Source: Nemertoderma westbladi
Lineage: Eukaryota > Animalia > Xenacoelomorpha
Direction of reading: 5' to 3'
Length of the DNA: 64,000 nt
NCBI GenBank assembly: GCA_032718475.1
Contig: JAUCBJ010009039.1
Location: forward strand, 33,885 to 97,884
The notes below the pieces were generated by a model, which was not told the DNA's origin, did not search any database, and saw only the letters and a list, made by a program, of their open reading frames with translations. Positions 25,936 through 37,891 of the stretch are shown here, piece after piece. Position 1 is the first letter of the stretch. Every line of letters starts with the position of its first letter. The position numbers and the translations under genes are program-made.

Positions 25936-27885
25936 TGAATAAATTAATTAGGCCTATAATTGTAAATAATTATTAATTATCATAATTTCATGAAAATTAG
26001 ATAATAATTGATTTCTATATAATGAATTATCATGAATTTATTTCATTGAATTTCCATTCATTTATTATAGTCTGTAGCAGTCAATGCATGGCTCGCCCCA
26101 CTATTGGCACACAATTGAAATATAGCCTACTCGTTAAACTACCAACTAAACGATATACAGGTCAAACTAAAGTTTTAAATAGGACTGCCGGCATCCACAT
26201 AGACAAAATAAGCAGTTTAATAATACAAAATTTTTTATGTATTTAATAATATGTTATGAGAAATGGTACTACATGCCTCAATGGCTCGCCCCACATTCTC
26301 AGAATTTTACAGGTTTAAGAAGAATTAAATGATTCTAGATACACAGTAACACACAATACAGTACAGTAAATCATAACACTCAATTGAAAAAGTCAGCCTT
26401 CGGTAATTCTCTACTGTAGGCTCTTGTCATGGCCTGTGTATAGTAGGCTATGAGTTCCTCATTCTACTTTTTAGTATTGGCCTAGATCTGTAGATGGTTT
26501 TTTTTAGCTCATTCTACATAAAAAGTAGGTCATTCTAGCTCATTCTACTTTTTATAGGCCATTCTAGATCATTCTATGGGGATTATTATTCCAGGCTTTA
26601 TATAGCAGCCCATAAAATACCGTAAGGAAAATACATTTCGAGTGTACATAAAAATAATAGAGCACAAAATTTACTATAGTGTGAAGAAAAATAATGGTAG
26701 TGGTCTCAGGTTCCCTGAGAAGGAATAAAAAGTTTACACAACTACGCTACTAACAGTACATATTGGAAGGTCTACACAATATACAAAAGCAAAAATATAT
26801 ATAAGTAAATAAGTTGGCTACCCTAAAAAGTATAAGTATATTAAGCATAAATACTGTAATAAGATATAGATAGATACACTGTCTATAGCCTAGCCATGAT
26901 TCTATTACTCTATGACTCATCCATAGAACCCGCACCAATGATACGGCTCGTTCGAGAAGTTTCCCTAGCAACATCCTGCAGAATAAGTTTCGATAGATTC
27001 TATAGGTCATTCTAGATCGTTCTAGCTCATTCTACCTTTTAGTACTTACCCGGGAAATCCCTGGATGCCTCACAGGCACAGCCATTGTTGGGGTTTCCCT
27101 GTACAGCTGTAATGACTGAATGATAGCTTCTTATTGGCTGATGGCAATTATTTCTCCAACCAAACGCTCATTCATAGCTGTTAGGGCCTGTTACTGTGTT
27201 AGTTACCTCTGCCTATTATTATTCGACTAAACAGCATGTGGTGCCAGGGGCGTTGTTCGCTGTCATTCTCAACCTGATAATTGAATTTGAAGGCAACTGT
27301 CTCCCTCCATTTTACAGATAAATTGAAAAATTGAGCAGGAAATTTGAAAAGTTTGGGTAGAATCGGTTTCAGTAGGCTACACACATTTGGCAATTTTTTG
27401 AAGTTCCAAAACCCGTTGATTTTCTGATGTACTGTACTGATATATACAAATTGAGGAAAATGAGTAGGTTACAGGGACGGCACAATAAACGTTGTTCTTA
27501 ACTACCAATTGAGGGAAACAAGCAGGTTACCGAGGCTGTCTTTTCTAACCGAAACAAATAAACAACCATCCGGCCACATTCCCATCCACCTCCCCACAAA
27601 GCATTCGTGCCGAAACGAAAACTGTCTTGGCAGCTTGGCCCACATGCGGGAGTTTAACCCACAACCTCCAAGAGATGTTAATTAAATCTACCCACTACAC
27701 TACACCTCAGATACCGTCAGATCAGATCAGATAAGGACATACGTTTTAGTCATCCTACAGCTGCGTAGCGTTTACCAGTTTACACTCTGAGAAATGAGAA
27801 TATTACGGTACCAGTCTGCCAGTTTGCTACATTTTATACAATAGGCCTACAACTGTACCGGTACATGTAAGTTCAGAACTACAAT

Positions 27886-28118
27886 ATGCCGAAATCGCGC
27901 AGACGCGGATTACCAAAGTTCAAAATCGCCTACCTACTCCAAGAGAACATTAAGTGCACAGTCGAACATTCACATAATGTATTAATTACGGGGGATTCTC
28001 ATATTACAACTTTGGTTAATGAATATATGGAAGATTCTGACACTGCGAAAAAGCATTATCTCAAGGACAGAGATACCTACATAGAAGACCTTGGTATATT
28101 ACCAACTGGAAGCATTAC
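27886..28118 (+). pseudogene. Second, truncated copy of the SGNH-like ORF, cut by an LTR
   Basis: ~27967-28118 is near-identical to ~20960-21111; similarity stops exactly at the LTR TG (28119). Confidence 0.85.
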
Positions 28119-29358
28119 TGTACGCGCTTTTATAGACCTTCAGCAGTTTAACCTGCCGAAATTTATATGTCTTTATTGATAATCTGCCTTTTATAAGATG
28201 ATAAGATTTAATACAAAACAAACCAAAAACATTAGCCGAAGCCAGTCCATGCGCGTCCAAATGACCCGTTTATAACACCGGGAGACTGGATTCGTGGGCT
28301 TAAATTTATTTGCGGTCAAGCCTACTGTATTATTCGATTGATTACTAATATATAATCTCTGACAAATATTATTCACTTTCGGGAAATATTAGCAGTTCCT
28401 TTTAGGACGTGGCGCTCTACCTATGTAAACAGAGTTATGACTGATACCACACACAACGATATGGCTTAAATTTCAAGCATAGGGCGCATTCTTTAGGAAT
28501 GCTTTATTATCAGATCCAATTACTTTACAATCACGCACGCTACCGGTAACGCACAACACTGCTCACTGATATGCCGACAGTTACTGACTTTGATCAGGTA
28601 TAAAGAGATATGCACTGGACTCAGGTAGTGTCTGTCAAACAACATTAGATTCACTACAAACACAATAATAAAGTCGCAATTGTTGTACATAACCCTTCTC
28701 TCTAACCTGTAGTGTATCAAGGATATTGGGAAAATTGTGGGTTGATTATTGATATTCTTCAACTAATAACATCCAATTATACTGATACAAAATTACAAAC
28801 AGTAAAAGCAGTATGACGGTAGGTTAAGATATAATTAGATTGCATTGAATCATTAAGTTATAAATTGGATAGCTTTGATAATAGCTATGCTTTCTATAAT
28901 TTAGCCTACTAATGTTCTTATAAAAAGGCAGAAAACATTTCGCTATATCAAAACGGTCTTAAAACACTGATAATAAAGTCCCAAAATCATAACAAAATCA
29001 TAACAAAAAGTCCCGTGACTTTAGCTCTCTTATTTTCCAAGAATCCCGTTCAACACATGTAATCAGCAGTGAGACAGGATAATTTCAGTTCAGTAGCTCG
29101 GGATTGGTCGAAATCAGAACTACTCAACGCAGGGCTATGGGTAACTGGGGCAACCTTCCCAAGCCGGCTGGCCAATCGAACAGCTCAGATCCCTCCTAAA
29201 GGATTCCAATGCCTTGGAGGGGGAACTGGTTAGCAAAGAAAACAAATCAGTCATATCCCAGAAAAACCTTTACAGTAGGTTTCAGAGTATTTTAGCGTAT
29301 GGGGGAAAAACTGGGTTGCGGGGCGAAGGGCCAGTTACATCCCACAGAAGCTTTTACA
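28119..29358 (-). mobile_element. 3' LTR (~1240 bp) of minus-strand LTR element A
   Basis: TG...CA ends; purine tract GGGAGCGG immediately before it on the minus strand; diverged homologue with the same ends at 60691-61858. Confidence 0.8.
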
Positions 29359-29436
29359 CCGCTCCCAGAAAATGAGATTGAAGTCTATAAAATATACAAA
29401 ATCGCAGTTTCTAATATACATAAATACTCTAAACCG

Positions 29437-30903
29437 TTAGTCTTTCTTGCGCGGACGGCGTTTACGCAGTTTTTTAAAGCTAGCCAGAGTCCTTTTCTCT
29501 TTGGGGCGAGCCACTTTACAAGGAGGGCTATAACTCCTGGGTGAAGGGTGCAATATAATTGCATCAGAGGGTGCAGGATTGTTATCGGTATATCCGCCAG
29601 TTGAGGTTCCGGGTAGGTTGTCATCAACATCGGGGGACTGGGGTCTAACGGCCTTTAGGGCTCGTTTTAGGACGGCTGCTCTCACAGGTCCTCTGCGAGT
29701 GGTCTGAACGGAAGCCGTGGGTGGACCGTAGGCTGTCAGAAACTGCCTTGGTTTAACGGTTCTCTCCAACTCGCGTTCGCGGGCTCGATATTCGTAAGGC
29801 CTTCGATATACTTCTTGTAACTCAGGATGCGAGTTAACGAATAATTCTCCATAGTCCGGATCGCGTCGGATAAAGTTGATTAAATAATAGGAATGAATAT
29901 CATTGGGGTTAACTCTCCTAAGGAATTTGCGCACAAACTTAGTCGAAATACATTCTCCGACGCGCTTTAATAGCTCGTAACTCGGGATGCACGCTTTCTG
30001 TTCGACAGAAGCGAATAAATACGGATGGAACGCATAGACTCCTTCGTAAGCGCGTCCAGGGTAGTAGCGATGACGTGAGTTACAATGTAAATCAGCGTTC
30101 GCTTCCCAAGCTCGAATGTAACGGAGTACAACCATTTCGTCTACACTCTCCAAATCTTTATTGAAGGGACAATCAAAGCTGGCGTGTCCTTTCAGCTGAC
30201 AATGGTGACATTGCGTCATGAACTGGGGGCAGACAGCAAAAATGTGCGAATCATGGAGTCGACAATAAGCGCAGTAAATTTCCATCGAAGGCTGTTCGTG
30301 GAAATAGGAACATAGGATATTCGTATCCATAGGCGTAATATGGTCTCTAGATGCGCATAACCGACAACGCTGACGATCAACATAGTTGGCATGGCGATAA
30401 TCGTACGCAGTGAGACACTGTGGACCTTGATACCATTCGATAATATAATCGTTGTCGCTGTTCCGGGGCGTAGTAGGTTGAATCTCCTCAGATTCCATAC
30501 ACATAGGCTCGTCTTCCCAGTGTGTAGCTGCGGCGAGCGTAGTTGACTCTTCCGGTGGACCTACTGTTTGAATCTCAACGACAGAATAACCTGTGGTGAG
30601 TCGAGGTCTTTGTATAACAGAAGAATGTAAATTCTCGATGCAAATATCCTTAAATAGGGCAAATCCGGCACTATCCAACTTCTCAGCAGCTGAGCTTCTC
30701 AGGCTGAGCTTGGTCAACGCGCGATCTTTAAATTGGCTATCCACGTTGTGGAACGGGGTTAGAAATCGCCGGAAACATTCAAAGCGTATGAATTTGTTAT
30801 GTTCATCTAGCTTAGCGAGTTTGGTTCCAAGTATTAACGGATGGGCGCGTATAGTACGACTGCACACGTCGGCTAGCCAACCGGAAAGTGCGGTATTTTC
30901 CAA
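29437..30903 (-). CDS. 5'-truncated accessory ORF of LTR element A with three CCHC-type knuckles and a basic tail
   Basis: CRLCASRDH..C, CAYCRLHDSHIFAVC, CHHCQLKGHASFDC; collinear with the C-terminal half of the 34541-37108 protein; ends ~80 bp before the LTR. Confidence 0.75.
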   Translation of the reverse strand: MENTALSGWLADVCSRTIRAHPLILGTKLAKLDEHNKFIRFECFRRFLTPFHNVDSQFKDRALTKLSLRSSAAEKLDSAGFALFKDICIENLHSSVIQRPRLTTGYSVVEIQTVGPPEESTTLAAATHWEDEPMCMESEEIQPTTPRNSDNDYIIEWYQGPQCLTAYDYRHANYVDRQRCRLCASRDHITPMDTNILCSYFHEQPSMEIYCAYCRLHDSHIFAVCPQFMTQCHHCQLKGHASFDCPFNKDLESVDEMVVLRYIRAWEANADLHCNSRHRYYPGRAYEGVYAFHPYLFASVEQKACIPSYELLKRVGECISTKFVRKFLRRVNPNDIHSYYLINFIRRDPDYGELFVNSHPELQEVYRRPYEYRARERELERTVKPRQFLTAYGPPTASVQTTRRGPVRAAVLKRALKAVRPQSPDVDDNLPGTSTGGYTDNNPAPSDAIILHPSPRSYSPPCKVARPKEKRTLASFKKLRKRRPRKKD

Positions 30904-33434
30904 GATAAGGAGCTACTGGACACAGGGCGCGAGGTTCGCGACATCCTTAAAGGATCTGGCTTTAACCTAACCAAATTCCAATCCAGTTCAGAGGAATTTA
31001 TCGAGGCGATAAAGGATGAGAGACCAGGATCGACCATGGATAATCCCACGACAGCCAAGGGACAGGACATGGCGAACAAACGCATAGAGTCCCAACAGAA
31101 GGCACTGGGGATCGTGTGGAACAGAGAGGCGGATGAGTTGAAGAACCAATTAAGCCAGGAGGGCGCAGACATCCACACGAAAAGGGGCTATGTGTCGTAC
31201 AAGAAGAGAGTATACAAATTAAAAGAAGAGTGGGACGCAGAAGTGCCGGAAGAGATCAGAAAGCAGTGGTGTAAATGGACAGAGAGTTTAGAGCAAATGG
31301 GAACATACAGCATGCCACGAGTGTATTTCCCAGATGGGGACATGACGAATCTGGATTTACATATGTTCTCCAATGCGTCGTTAGAAGCATACAGAGCGGC
31401 ACTCTACTTAGTACAATGAGAGGGGGCTCATAAGCCCAGACTCGCATTCAGCAAGGCGAAGTCGACGCCACCAGATTCGGCATCGGTTCCGAAACTCGAG
31501 TTAACAGCAGCGAGGTTAGGAGTTAGGGCCACAGCCAACTTAATGGACGCTATCCCCAACCTAGTGGAAACACACTACTGGACGGATTCCATGGTAGTGC
31601 TCGGATGGCTACATAACGAGAGGACGAGATACCCTATATTCGTCGCAAATAGGGTGGACGAAATAAGGGCAACCATAGAGTTAGAAAGGTGGCACTACTC
31701 TCCAACGGACGAGAACCCAGCGGACTTGTTATCGAGGGGCGTGGCACGCCACACTTTCTTGAAGAAGGAGGTATTGTGGCAACACGGGCCGCAGTTTCTG
31801 AATGATAAGGAGGCCTGGCCGCCGATGAGAAAGGTGGACCCGGGCTCAGGAGAAGTAGCGTTAGAGGAAGAAGAGGGTGATTCAGAGGGAGAAGAGATAT
31901 ATAGCTAAATGGTGAGGGAGATAAGGGACGTGCAACCAAAACCGGGAGAACTGTGCGATAACCCGACGGATAAACTCCTTAGCTACAGCTCCAGTTGGTA
32001 CAAGACCAATAAGTTAGTGGCGTACTGGAGAGCCTTCGGGGATTCCCTCAAGGGAGTCGACAAAGACGTAAAAGCTAGAACAACCATCGATCTGGAGGGA
32101 GCGGTCATAGCAGTCATCCGCTACGAGCAGAAGAAGAACTACAGCGACAAGGTGGAACGCGTCGGTAAACAACAGCATCTTCGACGAGACAGCGAGCTGG
32201 TCGCGCTGTCACCACAACTTAATGATGACGGGATTCTAGTAATGAACTCTAGGGTATTGAACAACAACAGTATTGTAATACCGCCAAAGCCCATCATCAT
32301 ACCTACTGGATCGCCGATAGTCTACCAGATTATCTGGGACTCCCATAAGTCGATATTGCACGGGGGCACCAACCGAACCCTCACGGAGATACGGAGGACC
32401 TTTTGGGTCAAACAGTTGAGGAAGAAGGTAAAGGCGGTAGTGGGGCAGTGCCAGACCTGCCGACGAGCGAAGAAGGAGCGAGCCATGGCGCCACTACCGG
32501 CCAGTAGGGTGAGACAGCACGACCCGCCATTTACGCATTGCGGTATGGATATGTTCGGGCCAATAAAGATTAAGGTGATGCGACACACGGAGAAACGCTA
32601 CGGTATTATATTCGTGTATAACAACACGCAGGCTGTAGGGATAGAACTTGCCCAAGATGCAACCGCATCAGCATTCACTAATGCTCTAGAAAGGTTTAGA
32701 GACCGCAAAGGTGGGACGATCGCAGTAATATATTCTGACAGCGGGACCAACTTTGTGGGGGCGGAGAACGAGATGGCAGAGGCCTTGGATATCCTGGATG
32801 GGGAGGAAGTCAGGGCAGCCATGAGAAGGCGACAAGTGAAGTGGGAGAGGAGGACGCCGTATGCTCCGCATACCCTAGGATGCGTCGAGAGACTCGTGGG
32901 TAGTTCGAAGCGTCTGATGACAAAGTTGATAAACACCCACATGGTCACGGAGGACGTGCTGAGGACGGTATTAGCAAAGTGTGAGGGTATCATTAATAGC
33001 AGACCGCTATATCCAGAAAATGATGACCCTGAGTCATTAGACGTGCTGACGCCCAGTCACTTTCTAATGGAAAGGCCAGCGACAGCGGTGTAGACCCAGA
33101 TGACATACACTCCCGCCAGAGTTGGAAAGTCGCTAAGGCGATAAGCGCGGAGTATTGGAGGAGGTGGGTTGAGGAATATCTACCCACGCTTCACAGAAGA
33201 AGTAAGTGGAGGAATGCGTATAGAGAGCTAAAGGAGGGTGATCTGGTGATCGTCATGGACGATACCATCATTAACAACCAATGGCGGTTGGCGAGAGTTG
33301 TGGGCACTTACTCCGATGAGGACGGAAGAGTCCGATCGGTAGAAGTGCGGACAGGTGGCAAGATAGGTGCGAAAGACAGGAAGACCTACAGGAGGGCTGT
33401 AGGGAAGTGCTGTCTTCTAGAGGGAGCACCTTAA
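30904..33434 (+). pseudogene. BEL/Pao pol 3' half (end of RT, RNase H, integrase), with stops and frameshifts
   Basis: GFNLTKF, KALGIVW, LHMFSNASLEAY, PKLEL, YWTDS, FVANRV, ENPADLLSRG, H...HGG...FW...CQTC, GMDMFGP, YSDSGTNF, ERLVG, INSRPL, WRLARV. Confidence 0.92.
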
Positions 33435-33589
33435 GTGGAGTAAAGTGTAGTTTAGTAGAGTTTAGTCGTCCAAAGTTTTGGACTGAGGGGGGTGGGATTG
33501 AGGGCGAGACGCCCTTCCCACACATAAAAAAAAAAATAATAATAATAGTAGTACATACTAGGTATGCAGTAAGTAGGCAGATAGAAGTT

Positions 33590-34060
33590 AGATAGTAAGA
33601 GTTAGTAGTTAGAAGGTACGTAGTACTGCTAGTAAGAGAATTAGAAGTAGTAAGAGGGTACGTAGTACCGTTAGTTAGGAGAGTTAGAGTAGTAAGAGGG
33701 TACATAGTACCGGTTAATAGTTAGAGAGAGTTAGAGGTTAGTAAGAGGGTACGTAGTACCGATTAGTTGGAGAGAGTTAGAGGTTAGTAAGAGGGTACGT
33801 AGTACCAGTTAGTAAGAGTTAGTGTTAGAGGTTAGTAAGAGGGTACGTAGTACCGATTAGTTAGAGAGAGTTAGAGGCTAGTAAGAGGGTACATAGTACC
33901 GGTTAGTAGGAGTTAGTGTTAGAGGTAGTAAGAGGGTACATAGTACCGGTTAGTAGGAGTTAGTGTTAGAGGTTAGTAAGAGGGTACGTAGTACCGGTTA
34001 GTAGGAGTTAGTGTTAGAGGTTAGTAAGAGGGTACGTAGTACCGGCTAGTAAGAGATAGT
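33590..34060. repeat. Degenerate ~40-48-bp tandem repeat (gttagtaagagggtacgtagtaccg...) between pol and the extra ORF
   Basis: About 10 visible imperfect copies. Confidence 0.85.
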
Positions 34061-34540
34061 GGTAGAAGGGATATAATATAAACGTTAGTTAGTAGTTAGT
34101 AGCGAGAGGGGGGCACGTGAGTACAGCTGGATAAATCGTGTAGGCCATGCGACGTATACTGTTGTACTGCACAAACCCACAGAGTAGGCCAGAATGTGGA
34201 TTATGAAATAGAATAATCCGCTGGTAATAGTAAGTAGTAGCACAGTAGTAGGATTGAATTAAATTAAAATATTAAAAATAGAATAGGGCTAGAAAATCTA
34301 CAAATTATGGTAACAGTAGTAAGAAAATTCTGGAATATAATTAAAGTAACGGACAAAATTGTAATTTAAGGTACAATTTGGTAGCTTCAGAAATTAAGTA
34401 GTAAAATTTAGGCTATAACTCAGAATTAGGTAAGGAATGGGCCATTGTCGAACTGTACAGACCATCCTAATCCTATCACTCATCTGTACTGCGCCTTGGC
34501 AAGGCACCACCTTACAGGTGAGCGAGTGAGAGAGTTCGAA

Positions 34541-37108
34541 ATGGCGGGGAAACTGATCAGGAAGAGAAAGGCGGAGTCAGGAGGAAAGGAGATACTGGTG
34601 GATTTCACCAAGAGGCATCCGGAAGAGAAGACAAGGGGATACTATGAGCGGTTGGAGAGAGGTCACGGGGCACGAGCGCTACAAGACCATTTCAGGGAGG
34701 TGCACGAACAGCGACTGGTTGGAACCTACGGGACGCCGTCGCTGGACAACGCAATCTTCGAGCATTTCCACTACGTGGTGAAAGGAGACAAAGCGAAGTT
34801 CGGGATTCCGAAGTACGCGAGAGAGCCACCGAGGAAGGATTGGAAGAGATTCGTAGAGTCCATCAGCAGGGAAGGATACATGATCCTAGACGATGAAGGA
34901 ACCGTGGAAGACGAGGAGGGTTCGAGAAGAGGATCGGCGGGGTCGGCCAGAACCATACTCCTACATTTGGCCGCGCCAAATGGGGATATTTTCCTATTCG
35001 ATCTGGGAACGTATGGGAAGAAGGACGGGCCGAAGTTAAACCGGTTGCCGAAGGCGGTGCAAATCCTAGTGAGAGAGAAGTCGACGACGAAAGTGGGATC
35101 GGCGATCCGCGACGATGCGGAGAGAATCATCGGTCCGGACACCCCCAACCTTCTGGATATGCAGACGGTCTTCATGGATATGACAGCACCAGATGGGTTG
35201 GGACAAGTGGAGAACGCAGGCCATTGTGGAGCGGTGGCGATGGGCCAGCTATTGGGGCTCGTGTGTCACAAACCAATGGACTGGGGGAAGTTCAGAGAAG
35301 AGTACGGAGCGGAGTTAGCGAACTCGCTGAAGTGGGGAGCGAGGCCAGGGAAACAAGAGGTGTATCAATTCCGGAGAGGAGCGATAAAGGTATATCAGAA
35401 GCGATATACCCTGCAGGAGGACTGGATAATGATGGGTTTGCTAAACCTATTCATGACCGTCGTCATTGGGAAAGAACCAACGGCATTCCTGCTATCGGGA
35501 TCACCCCTGAGCTACAGAAGAGCCTTTAAAATGGCTTTCGAGGGTCTGGTAGACCACCCGGGGCTGAAGGGCGAGTCAGTGTACTATAACTGCCGACATC
35601 TGGTAGACAGGGACGTAGATACGCCATATCAGAGATGGGAGCAGCTAGAGGCGGATAGACGAGAAGCGAAGCGATTGGAAGAAATCGCTAGACAGGAGAG
35701 GAGAGAGGCAGAAGAAAGGGAGGAGGAAGCTATGGCGCAGAGCTACGGCTTCGAGGAACAGGTGGCCTTAGACAAACTTCGTTGGACGTTGTCAGGGAGT
35801 TCGGGGGAGTCTCTAGGGCGAGAACTAGGATGTATGGTGGGATCACCGAAACAGTCGACATCGGGATCGCAGGCGACGCCCATACCAGCGGGCGCTGAGG
35901 GCGATCACCCGCTAAGGAGGCTAGGAGAGCTGGAGGGGTGGAGAGCCACGGGCGAGAGCCAAGGTGGGAAGGGACACAGTGGGTCCACCGGGATACCGGG
36001 ATTGGAGCCACTCCCAGAGGAGGACGAGGATGACGACGAGTTCGGAGAGATGCCGCCCATCGCGAGGATAGGCCACTCGGACACGGACTGGGTTGGCGGG
36101 AGGGTGGTGATGGCCAGTGGGGCGAGAGCCTTCTGGGACAGACCCGGCAAGCGGGCCTGGGTGCATGAGGAGCCGGCGATAGATTTCGCGGGGAGCACCA
36201 TCAGGTTGGGCGAGCAACCGGGGACGGCACCGCGGGTAGTATTTGGGGAGACGATGCCCAGGAGGGGCGAAGAGATCGACGTGGACAGGGACGCTAACGT
36301 CCAGAAATTCGCTTACCAGCGACTCCACAGACCACGGAGATCGCTTGGGACGAAAGACGACGTGGGGCGGAAGACATTGGTGCTCGGCTGTGATTACTGT
36401 GAGAGACAGACCCACCAGGAAAGGAGCTGTTTGTACCGGTTCCAAAAAGGGACTAGTTGTCTCTACTGCCGCGAGTCGAGCCACAGGATGGGGGCGTGTC
36501 CACGGTTGCACAACCGATGTTCGAAGTGCAACTTCCGGGGCCACTATGGACGCCAGTGCGACTGGATGGACGACGAAGAGAAGTTTAGAATCTTCGAGGA
36601 GTGGGCCAACGTGGGTGCCATGACACGGCAACGTATGAAGGCCCAGGAGTTCCGGTGGGGTTTCTTCAATATTAATCAGGAGGCCCACCTGGAGATTATC
36701 AAGCGAAGACTTCCATTTACCTACCAGGAGGTAGCAACGGCATCGTCGTATGCCGGAGTGATAAATACGCAGAGGTATCTGGACAGGTGGACGCCACAGA
36801 ACCGAGGGGAGTTCAGAGATTTCTTGGCAGAACATGTGCCGCGGGCGATGAAAGTGATCCTATGGGACGCCACTAGGGGGAGACAACCGGGCCACTCGGA
36901 GGGGCCACCCGCGAAACAATACCGGGAGCTCATAACACCAGCGCCCAAGGAGTCGACGACCGGGATTAGTAAAGAGGTGACGGCGAGGGTCAGAGGTCTG
37001 AAGGGAGATAAAACCAAGGGAGCGGCAGCGGCCAAGAAACGACCAAGGGATGAGGACGACAGAGGGAAGGAACTGAGATGGTTCCCAAAGTCAGGTGGAA
37101 CGAACTAA
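34541..37108 (+). CDS. Accessory ORF of BEL/Pao element B: DEDDy (WRN/RNase D-like) 3'-5' exonuclease, charged helix, acidic linker and three CCHC knuckles
   Basis: ILDDEG (ExoI), LLHLAAPNGDIFLFDL, LPKAVQILV..STTKVGSAIRDDAERI (ExoII), LDMQ, QKRYTLQED (ExoIII-like); three CX2CX4HX4C; first ATG at 34541; uninterrupted frame. Confidence 0.8.
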   Translation: MAGKLIRKRKAESGGKEILVDFTKRHPEEKTRGYYERLERGHGARALQDHFREVHEQRLVGTYGTPSLDNAIFEHFHYVVKGDKAKFGIPKYAREPPRKDWKRFVESISREGYMILDDEGTVEDEEGSRRGSAGSARTILLHLAAPNGDIFLFDLGTYGKKDGPKLNRLPKAVQILVREKSTTKVGSAIRDDAERIIGPDTPNLLDMQTVFMDMTAPDGLGQVENAGHCGAVAMGQLLGLVCHKPMDWGKFREEYGAELANSLKWGARPGKQEVYQFRRGAIKVYQKRYTLQEDWIMMGLLNLFMTVVIGKEPTAFLLSGSPLSYRRAFKMAFEGLVDHPGLKGESVYYNCRHLVDRDVDTPYQRWEQLEADRREAKRLEEIARQERREAEEREEEAMAQSYGFEEQVALDKLRWTLSGSSGESLGRELGCMVGSPKQSTSGSQATPIPAGAEGDHPLRRLGELEGWRATGESQGGKGHSGSTGIPGLEPLPEEDEDDDEFGEMPPIARIGHSDTDWVGGRVVMASGARAFWDRPGKRAWVHEEPAIDFAGSTIRLGEQPGTAPRVVFGETMPRRGEEIDVDRDANVQKFAYQRLHRPRRSLGTKDDVGRKTLVLGCDYCERQTHQERSCLYRFQKGTSCLYCRESSHRMGACPRLHNRCSKCNFRGHYGRQCDWMDDEEKFRIFEEWANVGAMTRQRMKAQEFRWGFFNINQEAHLEIIKRRLPFTYQEVATASSYAGVINTQRYLDRWTPQNRGEFRDFLAEHVPRAMKVILWDATRGRQPGHSEGPPAKQYRELITPAPKESTTGISKEVTARVRGLKGDKTKGAAAAKKRPRDEDDRGKELRWFPKSGGTN

Positions 37109-37891
37109 GACTTCGATGTGGTATGCCTGGAAGGCACCACGTGAGACGTGCGAACTCCTAAGTACAAATTCAAATAATCTAAATAATTGAAAAGTGCAAT
37201 TAATATGTACATACGTAGTAATCATTATTAGCTTAGTAAACAAATGTAATCAAAGTAAGTACTATAGTTATATAACCTTTTCCAATTAGCTACTGGGATT
37301 GGGGACCAATTGACCATGGGACTAATTACAGACGAGACGTTGGACGACTCCACACCTCCTGAGTGCGACGGCACAGAAAGAGGGTGAGACTTGTCGGGAG
37401 TAAGTGGACTGAAAAGAGGGTTGAGTAACAGTGCGAGGAGAGTGCGGGTGCAATTCAAGTGTGGGGGGGGGGGGGGGGAGAAGTGAGAGGCAGAGTGAGG
37501 GACAAGGAGGTCCGAGGGTTAGAGTGAGAGTGAGGAGAAGTAAAGGAGGGTCGGGGTGAAAGTGTTGGGGAAACAAAAGTTGTGTGAGAGGAGCGCACAA
37601 TCGGCCCGACACGGGACGCCAGGTAAACAGGGTAGCAATATCATGCCCATAGGGGGCGGCCTGGAAAGCCAGCTCCAAGAAAATAGTACCACCCCACACC
37701 CGATGCTAGATCGGGATGTTAGCGTATTCAATTCCGCTAGACAGCCCCACAAATAGGCTTTAAGCAATATTGGGAACACGAGGTTGATTGCCAATATCAA
37801 CCTCGTATCACCCCAGTAAACGGGGACAACAGGCCCCAGGGGAACACACACACAGCGGGGGTCAGAGGTTATACCTCCGGAAGGGAGAGAG

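Noticed and set aside
35921-36835. 304-aa antisense ORF and other overlapping ORFs in the BEL element and CMTR1
   Set aside because: Shadow frames of GC-richer coding sequence; no motifs recognised
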